Assembly: GCA_010093745.1 (NCBI GenBank)
Contig: MU005977.1
Coordinates: 62,001-122,195, forward strand
Origin: Piedraia hortae CBS 480.64
Lineage: Eukaryota
DNA length: 60,195 nt
Direction of reading: 5' to 3'
The position numbers were made by a program, and so were the translations under genes. The notes beneath the pieces were generated by a model. The model had not been told where the DNA came from. It made no database searches and was given only the letters and a program-made list of their open reading frames with translations. This document shows, piece by piece, positions 24,228-35,467 of the stretch; the first letter of the stretch is position 1, and each line of letters opens with the position of its first letter.

Positions 24228-24668
24228 ATGACTCAACAACCAAATGACAGCAGCACCGGCGGCGATGGTAGACGCCCCGCATCCTCTACCCGCCGCTCGC
24301 GCCGGCAACGAGCCCGCGAAGCAGCCCAAAATGGTCAAACGATGCGGACTACCAACCTCGAGACGGTCGAAGAATCCGCCGCCGCCGGCGCCCTATCCGG
24401 CCCGCAGCCCTTCGAGCGCATAGGCCCCGACGCAACGAGTATGGACGGACCTGTCACAAAGGCGAGGATGCTGCGTGGTGAAATACCATTGCGTGGGAGT
24501 GATAACGACCCTAATGGGCCGAATTATTTGTCTCCGAAGGAGGACAGCCAGGAGGGGGGAAAAGGATTAGAGGAGCAGGATGGCTTGAAGCTCAAGATTG
24601 AGGCAAATTTGGAGATCGAGCTCGAGTTGAAGGCGTCGATTAGAGGGGATATCACCCTTTCGTTATAG
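24228..24668 (+). CDS. tandem paralogue with the same C-terminal motif
   Basis: The C-terminus LKLKIEANLEIELELKASIRGDITLSL aligns with the upstream gene. A possible intron near 24669 could add a few residues. Confidence 0.72.
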   Translation: MTQQPNDSSTGGDGRRPASSTRRSRRQRAREAAQNGQTMRTTNLETVEESAAAGALSGPQPFERIGPDATSMDGPVTKARMLRGEIPLRGSDNDPNGPNYLSPKEDSQEGGKGLEEQDGLKLKIEANLEIELELKASIRGDITLSL

Positions 24669-24896
24669 TGAGCATTCACCACATCCCCCCCCCACCCCCG
24701 CCAAAAACAAGGGGGGATAAGAAAGGCTGACGAATGGGATAGTGAATAATCGTGCCCAAGAACAACCAAACGGAGGAGAAGGGTTGTCAAGACATCATAC
24801 CCAAACACTATACCTCCAACAATGGAGGAAAGTATCATTACATCGAATGATAGCCATACCCAACACCTGACCAAACCAGTGAATTATAACCTGAAC

Positions 24897-27677
24897 CTAC
24901 GTCCCCCAATTTCCGGATGTCCCCCTAACCGAAAACCTCCCTACCTTCCCCAACTCCTTCCTTTCTAGTCGACTACTCTCCGCTTTAGCCTTCTCAATCA
25001 TCCCCTCAACCCACTTGGCCTTCTGCTCTCCCAAATTACTTCTCTTCCCTCCACTCCTCTGCCCCGCAAGGCTAACCTCCCCCAGTCGTCTCTGCCCGTC
25101 AGCCGTCGAAGGCCTACTTCCCCTAACCCTCGGCGTCGAAATCGGCGAATCCGAACCCAAACTCTCACCCATCCGCTGGGGCGGCGTCAAGAAAACATCC
25201 GTGTGATTACTCCGTCTGCTCATCGGTCGTGTAGCCCGTCCTGGTGTGTCTATGACAATAGGACTTCCCCCGGAGGGGCTCGCTCTTCGCACAGAGCGGG
25301 GGCTTTCGGCAGAGTGGAGTTCTAGTGTCCCGCTGGAAACTGTGCGGCTGCCATGGTGTTCGGCATATTGGTGCAAGTATTCGGCTAGATCGGCCCAGCC
25401 CCCCCCTACGCGGACCATTACGCGCTCGTCTTCACCGACAATGCGGACGTATAGTTTGATCGGCTCGTCTTTGTCGGTTTGGGAGAGGTGGTAAAGTTTC
25501 GAGTCGTGTTTGGCTAGGCGGCTGGGCGTGGAGTCTGCAGGACGGAGGGTTAAGTGGGTGCGGCGGGGAAGGCCTTTGGGTCGGGGTGTTGGGAGGGTTT
25601 CTGCTCGGGGTTTGGCGGACAATTCAGAGTTGTGGCGGGGTTCGAAGGTTATGGTGTGTGAGGGGAGAGTTTCGAGGACGTCGAGGACGTGTCGGTCGAA
25701 GGTGTCTGTTGGTTTTTTGGAGGGGGTTGCTAGGTTTCGTTTTGGGATGGGGCGGCTTAAGGGTGGGAAGGCCAATTTGCCAGTGGGTTGTACATTGTCA
25801 GGAGAATTTTGACTGGTTTTTCCGCTTTGTGGTGACGAGGGATCTGGCTGCACATTATACCCAAAGTAACTCGAGGGTGAGGATGCAGGACTGCTCGGCC
25901 CAGTGTTGGATGCCAGGGCTCGCTGCGCAGCGCTATTGATCTCCTCATCGCTAGCTGTACCTGGAATTCTCAGCTTGAGATGGGGAGCCTTAAATATGGA
26001 CGTGAAACTAAGCTCTTCCACATTGTCATCATCCCGCAGTTGCTTTGCAAAGTCCTGGACAGACACCTCGTGAAGGACATTTTCATCTGATGCGATATCC
26101 GGACTAATGTTGCCATCCGCCCCATTCTCTTCCAGAGTGACTTTTGCGTCAGCTATGTTGCCGTCAGGAGAGGATTCCTCTTGCGCTTCGTAGTAGAGGC
26201 TCCCAGAACCCAGCGAGCTGACAGTGTACTTGGAATGGAATGTTTCAGCTGGACTGTGCTCCGACTCATCAGCGTTAGCAGAGCGTTGACTCGTGCTGCA
26301 TAAATTCTTTACACCCGAGCAGGGTCGAGATTCATCCAAACATGATTGCACGGCAGCCATTGTTTCCAAGAGCACGGGGGAAACAACGTTTGGGCTGGCA
26401 GAGTGAGTTGGGGAGTCCAAATGGTCATCGCTCCTAACACTACGCAATGGGTTACTGCCTTCTAGACTGTTTGCGCAATCGGAGATTGGACTTATGCTGG
26501 TCTCTTCGGACGTTGGCATTGATGGGTCGGTGATGAAGTTTCCTTGCGCAGTTTTAACATTTCCATCCATAGATTGGGCATGGCTGATTGCGCCTGACTG
26601 CGCGGCTTCATCTGTCAGTCTGGCTAAATCATTGCTGTGTTCATGATCCGACTCTACATCGTTCTCATAAGTGTCATTGAGATTTTGGGGTAAAGGTTCC
26701 TGTGTCGAGTCATGTCCAGTGTCTGTTGCCACTTTCCACTCGTTCTCGTGAACTCTTTTCTCCGCCTGCACAACCCAATCCGCATAGGCGTTTTCTAATT
26801 CTTCAAGCTTCTGTATCCAAATATCGGGAAGAACATCGTCTCTGCCCTCGAGTGCGTCCAAGAAACCATCGACCCTTCTTCCCAGCCTGGCTACCTGCTG
26901 TTGTATGATACGCTGTAGCTCCGTCATGTCTTCGCGAGAAAAACTTCCCAAATTCGAGCCTTTGCCTGCCGTCTGCGGCGAAACGATGGCTTCCCAAGCA
27001 TTATCCAAGTCGACTTTAGCCCTTTCCAAATCGCGCAAAAAATCAGGAGTGCGGCGCAAAACAGATAGCCTTACGGTCCACATATCAACCAACTGATCCA
27101 ATCGAGAGAAGTACGGCAAGATATGCAGCAGGGTCGCAGTAAACTCTGCTATGAATTCGTCTAGCAGAATTGGGGCAGCGCCATGACCGGGGTTGTCAAA
27201 TCTGTTGAACGGTTTTCTCGCCCCAAGTGCATACTGCTTTAGTTCGTCAACGTCTATTGCATCAAGGCCGTGGCATATCTCGTCCAGCCTCTTATCGTAA
27301 TGCTGCACGATGTGCGCCGGCAAACTGCCCCAAAACTCCTCGTCACCGGATGGACAGTCTGGAAGGACAAAACAGCCGGGCCATTTCCACTCCTCAAGCT
27401 CAGCACACCAACTTCGCAAATTGTCACACGCCTGCACTGCGCGGTCGGCAATTGCGCGATCAGCGGCTGTGACCTCGGCCTTCTCCGCGCTGACTAAGGG
27501 CTGCGAGTCGGTGAACGCATTCAGGGTCTTGCGTACCGGCAGCGAATTGTAGTTTCGCAGCTCATCACCGCTCCGAGCCTTGCGCTTCACTGACCGCGAC
27601 GACACCCGATGAAGACTACTGTAACGGGAGCTCAAGGAATGGGGATTTGCATCTGTCGTTGGACTAATGTTAGACAT
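24897..27677 (-). CDS. GAS2/GAR-domain (microtubule-binding) protein
   Basis: 926-aa ORF with a C-terminal PIKLYVRIVGEDERVMVRVGGGWADLAEYL GAR motif. Confidence 0.88.
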   Translation of the reverse strand: MSNISPTTDANPHSLSSRYSSLHRVSSRSVKRKARSGDELRNYNSLPVRKTLNAFTDSQPLVSAEKAEVTAADRAIADRAVQACDNLRSWCAELEEWKWPGCFVLPDCPSGDEEFWGSLPAHIVQHYDKRLDEICHGLDAIDVDELKQYALGARKPFNRFDNPGHGAAPILLDEFIAEFTATLLHILPYFSRLDQLVDMWTVRLSVLRRTPDFLRDLERAKVDLDNAWEAIVSPQTAGKGSNLGSFSREDMTELQRIIQQQVARLGRRVDGFLDALEGRDDVLPDIWIQKLEELENAYADWVVQAEKRVHENEWKVATDTGHDSTQEPLPQNLNDTYENDVESDHEHSNDLARLTDEAAQSGAISHAQSMDGNVKTAQGNFITDPSMPTSEETSISPISDCANSLEGSNPLRSVRSDDHLDSPTHSASPNVVSPVLLETMAAVQSCLDESRPCSGVKNLCSTSQRSANADESEHSPAETFHSKYTVSSLGSGSLYYEAQEESSPDGNIADAKVTLEENGADGNISPDIASDENVLHEVSVQDFAKQLRDDDNVEELSFTSIFKAPHLKLRIPGTASDEEINSAAQRALASNTGPSSPASSPSSYFGYNVQPDPSSPQSGKTSQNSPDNVQPTGKLAFPPLSRPIPKRNLATPSKKPTDTFDRHVLDVLETLPSHTITFEPRHNSELSAKPRAETLPTPRPKGLPRRTHLTLRPADSTPSRLAKHDSKLYHLSQTDKDEPIKLYVRIVGEDERVMVRVGGGWADLAEYLHQYAEHHGSRTVSSGTLELHSAESPRSVRRASPSGGSPIVIDTPGRATRPMSRRSNHTDVFLTPPQRMGESLGSDSPISTPRVRGSRPSTADGQRRLGEVSLAGQRSGGKRSNLGEQKAKWVEGMIEKAKAESSRLERKELGKVGRFSVRGTSGNWGT

Positions 27678-28141
27678 GACGCCTACCCCAGTCGTTCATC
27701 ACCGGAATGCAGACTCTGTTGATTGACAGCAAGGAGCATGGAATGCAATGGCCTGTGCTCCTTCCTACTTGAGCAAGCCATTCGCGGAGAGGCTTCGGCT
27801 TCTATTCCTATTGTGGCAGTGACATGACTCTATTTGCCTGTCATATGTTTGTTTACGGTGCCCCACCTTCAATCTGTCAATCAACGACGCTGCATATGAC
27901 CAAGAACTTAAGCAAACAATGTGGTTGTCAATCAGCAAGCGATGACGTTTTCAAACGGATAGCAATGCTGTATACCCATGTGTATCGATCTAGGTAGTGT
28001 CTTACGAAGCAACGTTGCCTTCAGTCACGATCGTAGCAACCATCTGCTGTTCCTGGCAGTCTTGTTAAAGACGGAAACATTCCGCGGCCGGGAACAGCCG
28101 CCAGCTTCGTCAAGACGACAGTTCGCAGATCCAGCCATCCA

Positions 28142-31100
28142 ATGCGTCAAGTAGCTCGGCAGGACCGATGGCTGGCTAGTTACAGTCATTGTGCAAGACA
28201 AAGTACAGCACCTGTGCGTCGGAGTCCGGCGTTCCAACAGTGTCGAACGATCCACCGCAGCGTCAGACAGCTATCAGAGCCCAAACCACCCAGTGACCCC
28301 AGCAACTGGCGAAACAACCACGTTGCAGAGAGTGGAGAGGATCCTGAACGAGATGGAACAGTTACCGCAAGTGATGCCGTAACCAACAACGGGTCACGTC
28401 GAGAAGGAAATCGTAAACGATGGAAGACGCGAGTGGAAAAGAGCGAGGGTCAATCACCCGCAAGACCAATGCCTTCACCGGTGCCAGACTGGTTTCTAGA
28501 AAACAACGTCACGACTACTACAGACCTCGCGGCAGATACAGATGCCTCGCATCAGCAGAGTCTGCGTTGTGTGGATAAACAGACTAATCGAGTGCTGTTT
28601 ACCCTCAACGATAGCAGTTCTGTCGAGGAAGGAGTAGAACCATGGCCGCTTTCTCCGTCAGCAAAAAGAGTGCTCACTAGGATTGGGGGGAAGCAGTTAG
28701 ACGTGACTGCGCTTCATCTCAATCCAGCAACGCTGGCAGCTGCTTCCGAAAAAGAACGCAAGGAGATGATTATCAATGCAACAATAGAGCAACGAGCTCG
28801 TCCAGTCTACAGTATTGACACCGCAGCTCTCGGCGAATTTTTAGTGTCGTTGCCGAGTGAGCTGATGGAGGCTACCCTGCGTCGTGAGAGGGGGAACTAT
28901 GATCCCTCGAGCGATGAAAAATCGACCAAGACGAGCGCACCGGGTGAAAATTTCTTCAGTCCAAAGTATGCACCGCAAAAAGCCTCAGAGCCAGTGGCTA
29001 GTAGCAGCCAGAGCAGAGAATCGACAAAGGCATGGCTACTTTTGGAAGGGGAGGCGATCCTACGTGCGGGACTAGAGACGGCAAATCTTCCCTTTCAAAC
29101 CAAATTTGCAGCGTCCCGAGTCGACACACTGATCCAATTCTTGGACTTCGGCTCGCTGCGAGCGATTGACGAAACCGTTAACGATATGGCTGGCCTGATT
29201 GGCGCAGATATAGTTCGTCTTGATGCCAATGACATTTCGGAGTTTGCTGAAAGTTATCTGGGAGAGACGACCGATGGTCCGGGTTCACTGTCTGCCCTCT
29301 CCTACGAGGTCTATAAGGGGTATGGAGAGCACGCGGATGAAGAACTAATCAAAGAGGAAGAAGACTTTGATCCTGAGGATGACGAGCTTTGGGTAGATCC
29401 CAGAGACCTGCGCCGAAGCGGTTCTCCACAATTTGGAATGCCAGGCATGTTTGGCATCACCATAACGAGAAAGCCGACAACTATCCGTCTTTCGAAACGT
29501 GATCATCTTCAATTGGACTCGATGTTTGGATCGTTACTGGATGCTGCTAGGCAAAGGTCTAGTGACAAAGCCCGTGGTACTCGAAGGCACAGCGTAAGTT
29601 CTCATGCGCTGCGAGCTCAGATTCGGGGGTTGTTGGTTGAGCACTTGAAGCAGGCTTCCGATGTTGTGAAGTTGGAAAGACACATCGTTGGAAGGGGTGA
29701 GCTTCGCAGCGTGGAAACGCCAAAGACGATTGTGCATGTGCGGGATATCAAGAAGATCTGTGATGCACGGTATGGCCGAAATGTCATCCGCCGGCTTGTA
29801 ATGGAAGTGCAAAGACGAAGAAGTAGACTGGAGCAGACGCTGGTTGTGGGTACTTCTTCTAAGGAAGACAGCAACTTTCATCTGACGCATGATTCTCCTG
29901 ATCTTGGTGTTGGGCTGCGCTTTGCTACAGTGCCGTCGATCTTAGATCCAACAAAACAGGCCAATTTCGAATACAGCCTCCCTCAGTCTGAGTTGGAGGT
30001 GATGGAGAACAACCCCTTTGGCCGGATTTTGGAGATTAATTTACGACATATCACATCAATGCTACGACGACTGGTACAAGGATACGATGGAGATTTGCTT
30101 TCTGAAGCGGCGAGGAAGCAGATGACCATACCAGGAACTCGCATCTTGTCGGAGAGGGTGCTGTCCATGGACCAAATCCAGCGACTCGTACTCATTGCCG
30201 TAGGACTCAAATTAACATATTTGAAATCGGCACACATTGCGCCGCTGCATATTGGCCTCGCAGCTTTGACCATGACACAGAACAATGCGATTCTTCGTTC
30301 TTATGTAGAAAACAAATACGAGAGGACGTCAGGTGAAGAGCACAGCCAGAATGAAAAAAAGACGCAATCGAGGATCGAATCTGTTAAGAAGAACTGCAAC
30401 TCTCACGAGCGTCGTCTTTTGACAGGAGTCAAGGACGAGAAGAAGATCAAGACAGGTTTCGATGGTGTGCATGTCCATCCTGAGACTATCGAGGCGTTGA
30501 AAACTGTGACATCGCTGTCACTGCAACGGCCCGAAGCGTTTACATACGGCATCCTCGCCGCGGACCGACTCTCCGGTCTGTTGATGTACGGACCTCCGGG
30601 CACAGGGAAGACTCTGCTAGCCAAAGCCGTTGCCAAGGAGAGCAAAGCCATTGTCCTCGAGATTAGCGGTGCGCACATTTACGAAAAGTATGTGGGTGAA
30701 GGAGAAAAGATGGTTCGTGCCGTCTTCTCGCTGGCTAAAAGGCTTTCGCCCTGTGTGGTATTTATCGACGAGGCAGACGCAATCTTTGGAAGTAGACAGG
30801 ATGCAGGAAACCGCACGACGCACCGCGAGATTATCAATCAATTTCTCCGAGAATGGGACGGCATGGATAATCACGGCGTGTTTATCATGGTTGCTACGAA
30901 TCGACCTTTTGACCTTGATGATGCTGTTCTGAGGCGGTTACCACGACGGTTACTCATCGATTTGCCAACAGCGAAAGATCGAGAGGCAATTCTGCGCATT
31001 CACCTCAAAGACGAGATTGTAGACGAGTCTGTCAATCTGACCAAGATTGCAGAAGAGGCACATTACTATTCCGGCTCCGACCTGAAAAACATGTGCGTAT

Positions 31101-31387
31101 CAGCGGCGCTGGCATGTGTGCGCGAGGAAAACGAGATGCTCTCAGCCAATATAGACGCCAAGCCGCCTGAGATACGGATTCTAAAGGCCACACACTTTGA
31201 TAAGGCCATGCAGGAAATTGGCGCTAGTGTCAGTGCTGATATGCACAGTTTGGCAGCCATTAGGAAGTTTGATGAACAATACGGGGACCGCAAGGGCAAG
31301 AGGAAGGTGTCATCGTTTGGGTTTGGGGATCCGAAGGTTGATGAAAACTCTGTTAGAGTAAGACATCCTTATTCGATTGCTATCTGA
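28142..31387 (+). CDS. mitochondrial AAA ATPase (Msp1/spastin-like, fungal long form)
   Basis: 1081 aa with a presequence-like N-terminus, Walker A GPPGTGKT, Walker B VVFIDEAD, and SRH ATNRPFDLDDAVLRR. Confidence 0.92.
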   Translation: MRQVARQDRWLASYSHCARQSTAPVRRSPAFQQCRTIHRSVRQLSEPKPPSDPSNWRNNHVAESGEDPERDGTVTASDAVTNNGSRREGNRKRWKTRVEKSEGQSPARPMPSPVPDWFLENNVTTTTDLAADTDASHQQSLRCVDKQTNRVLFTLNDSSSVEEGVEPWPLSPSAKRVLTRIGGKQLDVTALHLNPATLAAASEKERKEMIINATIEQRARPVYSIDTAALGEFLVSLPSELMEATLRRERGNYDPSSDEKSTKTSAPGENFFSPKYAPQKASEPVASSSQSRESTKAWLLLEGEAILRAGLETANLPFQTKFAASRVDTLIQFLDFGSLRAIDETVNDMAGLIGADIVRLDANDISEFAESYLGETTDGPGSLSALSYEVYKGYGEHADEELIKEEEDFDPEDDELWVDPRDLRRSGSPQFGMPGMFGITITRKPTTIRLSKRDHLQLDSMFGSLLDAARQRSSDKARGTRRHSVSSHALRAQIRGLLVEHLKQASDVVKLERHIVGRGELRSVETPKTIVHVRDIKKICDARYGRNVIRRLVMEVQRRRSRLEQTLVVGTSSKEDSNFHLTHDSPDLGVGLRFATVPSILDPTKQANFEYSLPQSELEVMENNPFGRILEINLRHITSMLRRLVQGYDGDLLSEAARKQMTIPGTRILSERVLSMDQIQRLVLIAVGLKLTYLKSAHIAPLHIGLAALTMTQNNAILRSYVENKYERTSGEEHSQNEKKTQSRIESVKKNCNSHERRLLTGVKDEKKIKTGFDGVHVHPETIEALKTVTSLSLQRPEAFTYGILAADRLSGLLMYGPPGTGKTLLAKAVAKESKAIVLEISGAHIYEKYVGEGEKMVRAVFSLAKRLSPCVVFIDEADAIFGSRQDAGNRTTHREIINQFLREWDGMDNHGVFIMVATNRPFDLDDAVLRRLPRRLLIDLPTAKDREAILRIHLKDEIVDESVNLTKIAEEAHYYSGSDLKNMCVSAALACVREENEMLSANIDAKPPEIRILKATHFDKAMQEIGASVSADMHSLAAIRKFDEQYGDRKGKRKVSSFGFGDPKVDENSVRVRHPYSIAI

Positions 31388-31564
31388 GCTATGAATAGTA
31401 TGCAGATCGTGCTGTAACGTAGTATAACACAGTCAATGGTTTGCATAGTATGGCAGGTGGGCAATTGTTGATTGGAAAACAGAAAGGTTGTTAATTGCTA
31501 AACTGAACTCGAATTTTTGACTCGGAGAGACACGGTCTGGCTGTTCTATATCATCAACATCAAC

Positions 31565-33633
31565 ATGGCCCCCATTCCAATATTCCATCCCAATGGGCTT
31601 CGAACTCTCATCCAACCACCTGGACTGGGTCAAACAACACGACCTCGCCCTTGAAAAACACCTTTCATCCCCCACCTCTCCCATCGAAATCAACGGCCAA
31701 GACCTAACAATCGCTGATATCATAGCCGTATCCCTCTACAACAAACCGGTCACTATCACCAAAGACCCCCAAATCCTCGAAAAAGTCACCCAAAGCGTCG
31801 AATTCCTGAAACAACACCTGCAAGAAGGAAACATTGTCTATGGCATCAACACCGGCTACGGAGGCAGTGCCGACACGCGAAGCGACCAGTTCACTGCCCT
31901 ACAACAGGCCTTGATACAGCATCACAGCTCTGGCATTCTTCTTCCCTCTGGCATCGCCAGTGGCGTTAGCAGTCCTCTCAGCTGCGCCAGCTCATCCCTC
32001 GCCCTCCCACGCCCCCTCGTTCGCGACGCACTCCTCATTCGCTGCAATTCCCTCCTACGCGGGCACTCCGCCGTCCGTTTATCTATCATCACCACCATCA
32101 CCACCCTCCTCAATCACGACTTCATCCCCATCATTCCCCTCCGCGGATCAATCTTCGCATCCGGAGACCTAACACCGCTCTCGTACCTCGCGGGCGCGCT
32201 GGAAGGGAATCCGGGGATATATGTTTCCAGCGCTTCGCGGCGCATCCTGCCAGCGGAAGAGGCGTTGAAACTCCTCTCCCTGGAGGCCATTACAATGAAA
32301 CCGAAAGAAGGTCTGGGTCTAATGAATGGAACGGCAGTCTCCTGCTCGGATTGCTGCTTTAGCTCTTCACGAAACACAGTACCTCGCTCTCACTTCACAG
32401 ACGCTAACAGCCACGTGCACCGAGGCTTTGGGCGGGTCAAAAGGAAATTACCACCCGTTTACCAGTGATGTGAGGCCGCATACGGGACAAAGCGAAGCCG
32501 CCTCCAATATCCACAGGGTATTAGAGACTTCGAAACTCGTGGCAGGGAAGGATGGACAAACAGCGGGTTTGTACCAAGACCGGTACGCGCTCCGCACGGC
32601 ACCGCAGTGGATTGGCCCGACTCTGGAGGATCTCCTCCTCGCCATCAGGCAGGTTAGTGTTGAGTTGAACTCGACGACGGACAACCCCCTCATTGAAGTC
32701 GATGGATGGGGAGGAACTCCCCTAAAAGGAAGAGTCAATGGAAAAATCCACCACGGAGGCAACTTCCAAGCCGCTTCCCTGACTTCAGCATGTGAGAAAA
32801 CACGCCTCGCGGTGCAGATGTTGGGACGCCTCCTTTTCGCGCAATGCGCAGAGATGATTAACCCTTTGCTGAACAACACCCTCACGCCAAATTTGTGTTT
32901 CGATGAGCCGAGCACGTCGTTTACGATGAAAGGTGTGGATGTCAATATCGCAGGGTATATGTCTGAGCTTGGGTTTCTAGGGAATACGGTTGGTGGGTTC
33001 GTGCAGAATGCGGAGATGGGGAATCAGGATGTAAACTCGCTGGCGCTGATCTCGGGGAGGGTAACGATGGAAAGTTTGGAGGTGCTGGGGTGTATGGTCG
33101 CCGCGGGGGTGGTGGTGGTGGTGTGCCAGGCGCTTGATCTGCATGTCTACCATAAAGAGCTGATGCGGGGGATTAAAGGAAGAGGCTGGAACGGATGGGA
33201 GGGAGGGATGGTTCCCCCTTTTTGAGAAGAGTTGGGTTGAGGGAAAGAGCCTCGATACGTTGCCGCGGGCGGAAAAGGCGGCGGAGGCGACTATCACCTA
33301 GAAGTTGGAAAATCAGGGGTCTTGGCCAAGGAGGAGATGAGGGAGTGGGTTGATTTGTTGGTAAAGATTGTTACTTCGTATGTGGATGCTACGAGGAGGA
33401 AGTTTGTTAAGGATCCCACTGGGGAGAGCACGACGGTGCCGTATTTGGGGCGGGGGTCGAGGATGATGTATCGATTTATTAGGGGGACGCTTGGAATTAG
33501 ATTGCATAAGGGTTTGGAAGAGCATTCGACGAGGAACCCCCGAGGCAGGACAATCGGGGGGGATATTTCGAGGGTTTATACTGCATTGCGAGGGGGCGAG
33601 ATGAGGGGAGTTTTGGTGGGGAGTCTGTCGTGA
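31565..33633 (+). pseudogene. phenylalanine ammonia-lyase (MIO-dependent aromatic amino acid lyase), disrupted
   Basis: YGINTGYGGSADTR, LIRCNSLLRGHS, ASGDL (MIO), KEGLGLMNGT, QDRYALRTAPQWIGP, ELNSTTDNP, HGGNFQ, KGVDVNIAGY and AEMGNQDVNSLALIS are spread over several frames. Frameshifts near 31595, 32349, ~33200 and ~33318, and an in-frame TAG near 33299. Confidence 0.9.
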
Positions 33634-33830
33634 GGATGGGGAGTGTTTGGTGTACTTGGGGTTGGGGGGTAAGGTGTGTAGGTGGAGGGTGTTTATGCAG
33701 AGAGTTCGTCTGATGGGACGAGTTGACTTTTCTCGTTTCCGTTGGATGATGGGTGAGGACGACTTCTGTTTTCATATGAGATATGGCTCGTTGATTCGAG
33801 AGGATTTTGATCTTGGTTTTGAGAGAGAAG

Positions 33831-33861
33831 GTGTGTATGTGTGTGTGTGTGTGTGTGTGTG
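33831..33861 (+). repeat. (GT)n microsatellite
   Basis: Directly visible. Confidence 0.95.
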
Positions 33862-34323
33862 CTTGCGTCGAAAGTTCCGTTCATATAGGTGTCTTAGCCT
33901 GCACTCATCTCAAACCCCGAGCTTCTTTATGCTGCGTTCCCTCTTAGACCAACCCCCCTTCCCCCCCTCCCTTTTCATTGAAACCGCCATATCAACCTTC
34001 TAGCACTTTTAACCACCATCTAAACTGCCATCCTTTCCCTGTTCAGCAAATTCTCCTGTCATTATAACCCCTAGATAAAAATACTATCCTAACGGACAGG
34101 AAGAATTTGGACGCCGTCCTTTGGCCTGGAATGGCTTGAAGGTTGGGCGGGATGGAAATATGGCTTCGTCTTCGATCTAACGAGTCGCCTGATGCCGAGT
34201 CGGAATGGGATTGTTTGCCTTGCAATGCCATAGACAGCACTGAATCAGAATAAACACCGGTATGCATACTTTCATGTACATATCAAGACACCCTCGTTAC
34301 CAGCAGTACACATTACAACCCTT

Positions 34324-35327
34324 CTAATGTCTCCTATTCTCCTGTTCTCTCATCACTCTCCACCGCGAAATCAACGGCGCCATCTCCTGGTCGCAACTTC
34401 GACCAGGATCCTTCGCGCAGCCGTTGAAATTGGCGACAAAGTCACCTTCCTGGTAGATGCCTAGCCAGGGTCAGCACATACACCTCCACAGTACTGCGGC
34501 CACTTACCCTCTGAATCGGCACTCTTCAATCCTTCTCGCGTATGCGAGTTTATGACTCTAAGCGGAACCAAGGCCATCTTGGCTAGGATGGTTCCATGCC
34601 ACTGGACGATATGCTCAAGCGCATGTCTCTCGGCCTTTTGGAAGTTATATTTTCGGAACAGAGGATCGTACCAAGCGTCAAGGAAATACTTTGCCCATTC
34701 GCCCCGACGGATGAGCAGACTGCCTGCGGCCAACCCCTTGTCATCCTGGGCGAGGATCAAATCCACCCGCTCCGGCTTGAGATGCGAAAAGGTCTTGATG
34801 ACGCTGTCGGGCGGGACGACAGGTTTGTCGGTGAGCATCAAAGACTGCAGCTTGGCCGGGTCGAGGACACGATCCCGCAGCGAAATGTGCGGCTCCATGA
34901 CGAGGGCCGTCGAGGTCAGGAACCAGACCCAATTGGCCTCGGGGAACTTGGCCAGTGCATGGCGCATGGCTGGGACGGAGCTCCAGCTCTTTGGCGTGTT
35001 GGGCATAAGGTCGTAGTCCGTTGCATTGGGGAAGAAGGTAGCATACCCGTGACGGTGGGCGTAGTCTCTCCGGTTGTCTTTGATGTCGTGTTTGAGCTTC
35101 TCGCTCATTTCCTGGTCTAATACCGTTACAATGACCACATTCGATGTTCCAGCCCGACTTTGGGATGGGGAGGAGCCGGTAGAGTGCGCAAAGTAGTATA
35201 TAACAAGCAGCAGCACGACGAAGCCGACGGCATATGGCGCACGCGATGGCAGGTTCCGTCTCCGATAGGCTGAGGTCCGGGCAGCCGCAAACGAGGGCGT
35301 CGTCGACCGCGGATATGGGAACTGCAT
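34324..35327 (-). CDS. MNN11: alpha-1,6-mannosyltransferase subunit (GT34, Mnn11-like)
   Basis: Type II TM anchor, NRRDYAHRHGY, FFLDAWYDP-like YFLDAWYDPLFR, and HALEHIVQWH. An intron (~34462-34508) precedes GIYQEGDFVANFNGC...RH*. Confidence 0.82.
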
Positions 35328-35467
35328 GGTGTTCCGGTCGGCCGTCGTTTATTTCATCAGTGACCGACCACGTGACAAACGTTTATCTGCCAGAAACGCA
35401 GGGTCTGCGCTAGCTAGCTGCTGAGTCATCCATGTGAATTCGACTTCATCTCCTCAGTCGAGATTCA

